Positions 59,370 through 64,000 of a DNA stretch of 64,000 nucleotides are shown here, piece after piece (positions within the stretch are counted from its first letter, which is position 1; the number at the start of each line of letters is the position of its first letter). The notes beneath the pieces were generated by a model. That model had not been told where the DNA came from, made no database searches, and saw only the letters and a list, made by a program, of their open reading frames with translations. The stretch is from Acutalibacteraceae bacterium (GTDB lineage Bacteria; Bacillota; Clostridia; Oscillospirales; Acutalibacteraceae): positions 1,856 through 65,855 of the forward strand of contig JAZNUP010000004.1 in NCBI GenBank assembly GCA_045592385.1, given 5' to 3'. The position numbers and the translations under genes were made by a program.

Positions 59370-60932
59370 CTACACGGATTCGGTTTTGTAAATGAATGCA
59401 ACCGAGGTTTCCGCATCTTTGGGAGCGTCTGTGAAAATGCGGTAGCTTTCGCCGAAGCTGAACCACTTTTCCGCAAGCTCCATAACGGTTTTTGCATCTT
59501 TTGAAAGAGGGGAGTATTCCTGCGAAAGAGCCTCGAGATCGCTCTCTTTCAGTGCTTTAAGCAGCTCGTTAATGGATTTTGCGTTTTGCGGTGTAAGAAA
59601 ATCGGCAAGAGCATCCACGGTGGATGAATTCTTCTCAAGTGTTTCTTTTATTTCGTTGAGTTTTTTTACTGTTTGCGGAAGCGAAGATATTGTCTTTTGA
59701 ATTTCGGGGGAATTCAGATCTTTTGCGAGCTTTTTCAGCAATTCAAGGGATGATTTAAGTTCCGGAATTTGCGATAGGATCTCCTGCGCTTCGGGGGAGG
59801 CTATAATCTCCAGAGCCGCTTTTGTTTCTTCGCTGCTTATAAAGCTTAAAAAATCAGCGATTTTTTCACTGTTTTCGCCCGTCATATAATGCATAAACAG
59901 TTCGATTAGTGATTTGTTCTGAGTGTAGAGTTTGCTTGCATCTTGCGTTACGGCAATCAGCTCATCTATGCCGTCGGGGTCGGCGGCAAGAGCGGAGATG
60001 AGTCTGTCAGGGTCAAGGGATTGGAAGGATGCCCCGAGCTTTTCAAACGTGCTCAGCAGGGATTGCAGGTCGCCCGAATCAAAAGCAAGTTCAAGGTCAA
60101 GGTTGAGGGATGAGAGCGGAATTGCGGAAAAGTACATATTGCTGAGTGAGAAATCCTCAACGTCTGCTGATATTTTAACTGTATCCGCATCGAGCAGGTT
60201 GCCGAGCGAGCCGAAAACCGCTTTCGCATTGCCGAGGCTTTTGCCTGCCGCGGGGATTGATACGAAAACTGCGGTCTGTTTTGATGCGTCACCAATAATG
60301 CGGGCATTTTCTGCTTTGATTGATGAGAATTTGTTTTCGGGCATAGTGACGGCACCCACAACAAGAACGGGCAGATATATTTTATGGCTCTTTCCGCCTG
60401 CTTCAACGGATTTGCTCATATTGTTTTTTAAGTTTATTTCTATTTCGATTTTGCCGTTTTTTCCTTTAGCATCTTCGGCGCTGACTGCCTTTGAATTGAG
60501 CCGGTAGGATATATCAATCGTTACGGGCAAATCGGAATTCTTATCTGCGCCTGCGCTGTAATAAATATCTTCGTCTGCGCTGTGCCATATAATATTCTCG
60601 CCGTCAATTACAGGGGTTAGGTTCCCTTTTGTGTCCGTTATACCCGTAAGAGGGCTTACGTCCTCCACGCGCACGTTGCCTTTATCCGTGCTGATATGGT
60701 CGCTTACGGTGATTGCCTGCACGGTGCCCGCACTGTCAAGGCTTACGTAAACGGTTTCGTTTTTTGTCACCGTGTTCGGGACTTCGGTAAAAATGCTGTT
60801 CTGAGAGTCTGGCTTTGGACTTCCATCAGGTTGAACGGGATTTTCTGCGGGCGGCTTTGAACACGCTGCAAGAAAAACGCTGAGGCACAGCGGGATGCAC
60901 AGAGCTTTTTTAAACGTTGATTTTTTCAGCAT
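59370..60932 (-). CDS. lipoprotein of unknown function, partner of the MMPL transporter
   Basis: 520 aa. Lipobox LSVFLAAC. The N-terminal half is beta-rich. The C-terminal half is helical, Leu/Glu/Lys-rich and repeat-like. The start overlaps the MMPL gene end by 23 nt. Confidence 0.35.
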   Translation of the reverse strand: MLKKSTFKKALCIPLCLSVFLAACSKPPAENPVQPDGSPKPDSQNSIFTEVPNTVTKNETVYVSLDSAGTVQAITVSDHISTDKGNVRVEDVSPLTGITDTKGNLTPVIDGENIIWHSADEDIYYSAGADKNSDLPVTIDISYRLNSKAVSAEDAKGKNGKIEIEINLKNNMSKSVEAGGKSHKIYLPVLVVGAVTMPENKFSSIKAENARIIGDASKQTAVFVSIPAAGKSLGNAKAVFGSLGNLLDADTVKISADVEDFSLSNMYFSAIPLSSLNLDLELAFDSGDLQSLLSTFEKLGASFQSLDPDRLISALAADPDGIDELIAVTQDASKLYTQNKSLIELFMHYMTGENSEKIADFLSFISSEETKAALEIIASPEAQEILSQIPELKSSLELLKKLAKDLNSPEIQKTISSLPQTVKKLNEIKETLEKNSSTVDALADFLTPQNAKSINELLKALKESDLEALSQEYSPLSKDAKTVMELAEKWFSFGESYRIFTDAPKDAETSVAFIYKTESV

Positions 60933-63003
60933 ATCTTGTTTTTTCCTTTCTTTTCAGTTTGAATTCGTTATATACGGCAAGCAGTGAAGGGAGGAAGATT
61001 ATTACCGCCGCCGCACTTATGGCGCATCCGCTTGCAAGCAGCAGGCATACGTCTTTGATAATTGAGATATTTCCTGTAAAGTAAACCGCCAGTGCAGCCG
61101 CAATAAAAACTGCGGCACTTTGCAGAATGGGACTTACTGCAAGCTTTGCCGCGTTTACCGCACTTTCTGCAGGGGATAAGCCTTTTGCTTTTTCTTCACG
61201 GAATCTGGATGATAAAAGAATAGCATAATCTACAGTGGCGCCAAGCTGAATGCTGCTTACCACTGTCGGCACTATGAAGGAAACGCCGTCAGGTGAGAGG
61301 AGAGAAAGCGAGTCGTTGAGCATAGATGCAAGCCTTACGCAAAGCACAAGCATTCCTGCAAGCGGCAATGATTTGAAAAACACCGCAAGCACAAGGAAAA
61401 CTGCGGCAATGCCGATTGCGCCTGTAACTGCAAAGTCTTTTTGAGTTACCGCGGCAAGGTCTTTGGAAAGAGCGGAATCTCCCGTAATAAATGCGTCGGG
61501 GTCGTAGTATGATACTGTTTTGTGAAGAGAATCAAGCAATGCGTTTTGCTCAGTACTTGAGGCTGAGAAAACGGAATTCACCGCCATAAGCTCATAACCG
61601 CCCTGCATACAGATTTCTTTGATTTGTGCAGGCAGCATATCTGCCGAGAAAGCAGGGCCCACAAATGAATTTAAAGCTATTACCGATGATACTCCGTCAA
61701 GCGATTCTATTTCTTCAATCATATTTAAAGTGTCACCGTCGGGCAAATTCTCATCGGTTATAATAAAAGAAGTGCTTGCCATACCGAAACCGTTTTTTAA
61801 TTTTTCGGCGGCGGCAAGGCTTGGTATGCCTGAAGGCATCGCGGCAGTTATATCATAGTTGAGCTTTATGAAGCTTTGAGCGGCAACGGCAGGTATGAGT
61901 AAAACGGCGAAAACAATAACGGTACGTTTTCTGTGTTTTACGGTAAAATGAATAAACTTCCTGAAAAGCGGCGCGGTGAATCCGGCATTGTCGTTTTTTG
62001 GGTTTTTACAGAAAATAATAAGCATAGACGGCAGCACGGTAAGCGAACATAAGAGCCCGAGCAGTACGCCTTTTGACATCACGGCGCCCAGGTCAAAGCC
62101 GAGTGAAAAACTCATAAAGCAAAGGGCGGTAAAACCGCAAACCGTTGTCAGGGCGCTTGTGGAAAGTGAGCTTATTGCGGCAGAAACGGCAACCCTGCAC
62201 GCCTGTGCGGCGGGCGCACCTTTTCGGAGTTCTTCTCTGTATCTGTCGGCGAGGAAAACGGAGTAATCCAATGTTACTGCCAGCTGCAAAACAACTGCAA
62301 TGCTTTGCGTAATATACGAAATTCCGTTTGGAAAAATAAAGTTTGTTCCCATATTGTAAACGGCGGCAAATCCTGCACAAACGAGTATAATCAAAGAGAC
62401 AGAGAAGCTTCTTAGCGAAAAACTCAGTACGGCAAAGGCGAGTGCACCGCTCAGGGCAATATATAAAGGCATTTCTTTAAGTATCTCGTCTTTTGTCTGT
62501 GACATCATTGCGGACATTCCGCTTAACAATCCTTGTTTACCGACGGCTTTTTCAATTTCCTTTATTGCCTGCGCGGTTTCGGCAGAGGCGGCGCTGTCGG
62601 CAAACTGAATCAGCAGAAGGGTTGAAGTGTTGTCAGCGGAATAAAAAATATCGCAAACCTCATCGGGCAGCATATGCGCGGGGATTGAGATATCTGAAAT
62701 ATCATCCACCCATATTACTCTGCTTACACCGTGAATCTGCGATATACGTTCCTTTATTTTAATAACGTCCTTCGGCAGAGCGTTTTCTGCAATAAGAAAA
62801 GCACTTCCTGAAACCGAAAAAACTTCATCAAGTATTCTTTCACCCTCAACCGAGTTCAGATTTTCAGGCAGGTATGAGAGTAAGTCGTAATTGACGAAAG
62901 TCTGATTAATCAAACTTAAGCTTGCCGCAAAAATCAAAACGGCACAAATAAGAATTGCCGTGTATCTTTTTGCAACAAAAGAAGCAAATCTTTCTCCTTT
63001 CAA
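60910..63003 (-). CDS. MMPL/RND-superfamily membrane transporter
   Basis: 697 aa, TTG start 5 nt after GGAGGTG. Two repeats, each an extracytoplasmic loop plus a 5-6-helix bundle, typical of MMPL-domain proteins. Confidence 0.8.
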   Translation of the reverse strand: MKGERFASFVAKRYTAILICAVLIFAASLSLINQTFVNYDLLSYLPENLNSVEGERILDEVFSVSGSAFLIAENALPKDVIKIKERISQIHGVSRVIWVDDISDISIPAHMLPDEVCDIFYSADNTSTLLLIQFADSAASAETAQAIKEIEKAVGKQGLLSGMSAMMSQTKDEILKEMPLYIALSGALAFAVLSFSLRSFSVSLIILVCAGFAAVYNMGTNFIFPNGISYITQSIAVVLQLAVTLDYSVFLADRYREELRKGAPAAQACRVAVSAAISSLSTSALTTVCGFTALCFMSFSLGFDLGAVMSKGVLLGLLCSLTVLPSMLIIFCKNPKNDNAGFTAPLFRKFIHFTVKHRKRTVIVFAVLLIPAVAAQSFIKLNYDITAAMPSGIPSLAAAEKLKNGFGMASTSFIITDENLPDGDTLNMIEEIESLDGVSSVIALNSFVGPAFSADMLPAQIKEICMQGGYELMAVNSVFSASSTEQNALLDSLHKTVSYYDPDAFITGDSALSKDLAAVTQKDFAVTGAIGIAAVFLVLAVFFKSLPLAGMLVLCVRLASMLNDSLSLLSPDGVSFIVPTVVSSIQLGATVDYAILLSSRFREEKAKGLSPAESAVNAAKLAVSPILQSAAVFIAAALAVYFTGNISIIKDVCLLLASGCAISAAAVIIFLPSLLAVYNEFKLKRKEKTRYAEKINV

Positions 63004-63022
63004 AGTGTCACCTCCGCATATG

Positions 63023-63052
63023 ATTATACTTTATCCGCTGCGGAGCATTCAA
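63023..63052 (-). promoter_or_regulatory. candidate promoter of the MMPL operon
   Basis: On the minus strand, TTGAAT (63052-63047), an 18-nt spacer, then TATAAT (63028-63023). Confidence 0.5.
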
Positions 63053-63079
63053 CTGCTTTTGATGAATGTTTACCGTTAT

Positions 63080-63098
63080 GTAACAGTGGCGTAACAGT
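63080..63098. promoter_or_regulatory. direct repeat GTAACAGT-N3-GTAACAGT in the divergent intergenic region
   Basis: GTAACAGT at 63080-63087 and at 63091-63098 (11-nt period), about 30 nt upstream of the MMPL -35. Confidence 0.3.
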
Positions 63099-63215
63099 AA
63101 AATATTATTATTTATTCAAGATAATTGATTTTTTACCTTGCCTGTGCTAAACTAAATAGAAAGCTGTACCAAATACTTATTTTGAAAGGCGGCACATACG
63201 TGCCGGAGTGAAACT

Positions 63216-63767
63216 ATGAAAAAGCTTATTGCACTTATTCTTTGCGTTGCCATGGCTCTTGCTTTATGCGCATGCAACAATAATAATTCCGAAGAAGAAA
63301 CCACTACCGTGAATTACGATACCGTAAGCACGGATTCTGTTGTTATCGGCCCTGCTGAGGATGCAAAAATCTTTGAGGGAGACGACGGCTCAAGCAGCGC
63401 TTATTATTATGATGAAAACGGTCAGCTGGTGCTTGTCTGCAGCTATGCCGCAGGTGACGTGCTCAAGGAAGCCCGTGAATACAGCTATGATGAAAACGGC
63501 AACTGTGTTGCGGAAAGAGTTTACGGCGCGCAGAAGGAATTCAAATCCTCTAAGATTTATTTCTACAATCAGAAGGGTGATATCCTTAAGATAAATTTCT
63601 ACAATGCGGAAGGTAAGCTTGATTATTTCAGCGAGTACCGTTACGGCGATAACGGTGTTCTGCTTGCTACTCCTTATTATGAGGAGGACGGCAGACTTAT
63701 CAACGAGGCTGTTATTCAGGGTGCATCATCTTCCTCAACATCTACCACCGCTGCGGAGGCTGAATAA
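63216..63767 (+). CDS. lipoprotein with YD-like repeats
   Basis: 183 aa. Lipobox LALCAC. Recurring YYYDENGQLV, YSYDENGNCV, FYNQKGDIL, FYNAEGKLD and YRYGDNGVLL units. Confidence 0.6.
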   Translation: MKKLIALILCVAMALALCACNNNNSEEETTTVNYDTVSTDSVVIGPAEDAKIFEGDDGSSSAYYYDENGQLVLVCSYAAGDVLKEAREYSYDENGNCVAERVYGAQKEFKSSKIYFYNQKGDILKINFYNAEGKLDYFSEYRYGDNGVLLATPYYEEDGRLINEAVIQGASSSSTSTTAAEAE

Positions 63768-64000
63768 TGTATTATTTTAACGTTTATTATCATCTCTTGC
63801 CCGGCAAAAGGGATGAGTTTATGCAGAAGCTTTCCGAGCTTAAAGTGGCTGAGCTTTCGAGAGAAGAAGACGGTTGTTTACAGTATGATTATTTTATTTC
63901 CGTGGATTCTCCTGATATCCTTCTGCTTGCCGAGTGCTGGAGTGATGAAGATGCGCAGAAGGCTCATTGCAGTTCTTCACACTGCATTGCTCTTCAGCAG
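63767..64000 (+). CDS. antibiotic-biosynthesis-monooxygenase (ABM)-like small protein, partial
   Basis: Not in the ORF track because it runs off the window. The ATG at 63767 overlaps the previous TAA (TAATG). Translation: MYYFNVYYHLLPGKRDEFMQKLSELKVAELSREEDGCLQYDYFISVDSPDILLLAECWSDEDAQKAH..., which fits the ABM ferredoxin-like fold pattern (LxExW...xxAxxAH). Confidence 0.5.
   Translation, partial: MYYFNVYYHLLPGKRDEFMQKLSELKVAELSREEDGCLQYDYFISVDSPDILLLAECWSDEDAQKAHCSSSHCIALQQ

Noticed and set aside
1-64000. Mobile elements, prophage, defence islands, and rRNA, tRNA or other known structured RNAs.
   Set aside because: I found no integrase, transposase, recombinase, phage structural gene, restriction, toxin-antitoxin or nuclease-ATPase defence signature. 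No intergenic region longer than about 225 nt exists that could hold an rRNA or large ncRNA, and no tRNA cloverleaf was spotted. By-eye scanning cannot fully exclude small RNAs.

Overview
This window looks like an ordinary chromosomal segment of an anaerobic, saccharolytic Firmicute, probably Clostridia-like. That call rests only on strong GGAGG ribosome-binding sites, frequent GTG/TTG starts, hydF plus hyp genes and a heavy glycoside-hydrolase load. I support about 59 protein-coding genes. I recognised no rRNA, tRNA, CRISPR array, integrase or transposase. Layout: (i) 1-22.1 kb holds carbohydrate-active enzymes: two GH78 rhamnosidases, a GH43, three unassigned GH-like proteins, and a sugar isomerase/oxidoreductase pair. 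These are interleaved with membrane-anchored metallophosphoesterase paralogs, an acyl-CoA ligase, and a hydF gene that appears co-transcribed with GH78-GH43. (ii) 22.2-30.8 kb holds an alpha/beta hydrolase, an OmpR/histidine-kinase pair next to a secreted lipase-like protein, thiamine pyrophosphokinase and a ClC channel. (iii) 30.8-46.3 kb is the centrepiece: one tightly coupled 18-gene unit, hypABFCDE, then 11 structural genes of a group 4 membrane-bound [NiFe]-hydrogenase, then a HycI-type protease. The structural genes match the 11 core complex I subunits one for one, including three antiporter-like subunits, while the large subunit keeps all four Ni-Fe cysteines. No electron-donor partner is encoded. 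(iv) 46.4-64 kb holds an ASRT-family protein, an IolB-like cupin, a DivIVA-domain gene, and a feoA-feoB-Cys-rich-peptide operon divergent from a DtxR-family repressor with two matching operator-like inverted repeats. It also holds a fourth metallophosphoesterase, a DUF4349/ECF-sigma/anti-sigma cluster, an HD protein, an MMPL transporter with a partner lipoprotein, and a YD-repeat lipoprotein. Two edge genes and one 53-aa gene are missing from the supplied ORF track and were found by hand translation. All function calls come from motif recognition by eye. No database search was possible, so novelty cannot be asserted.
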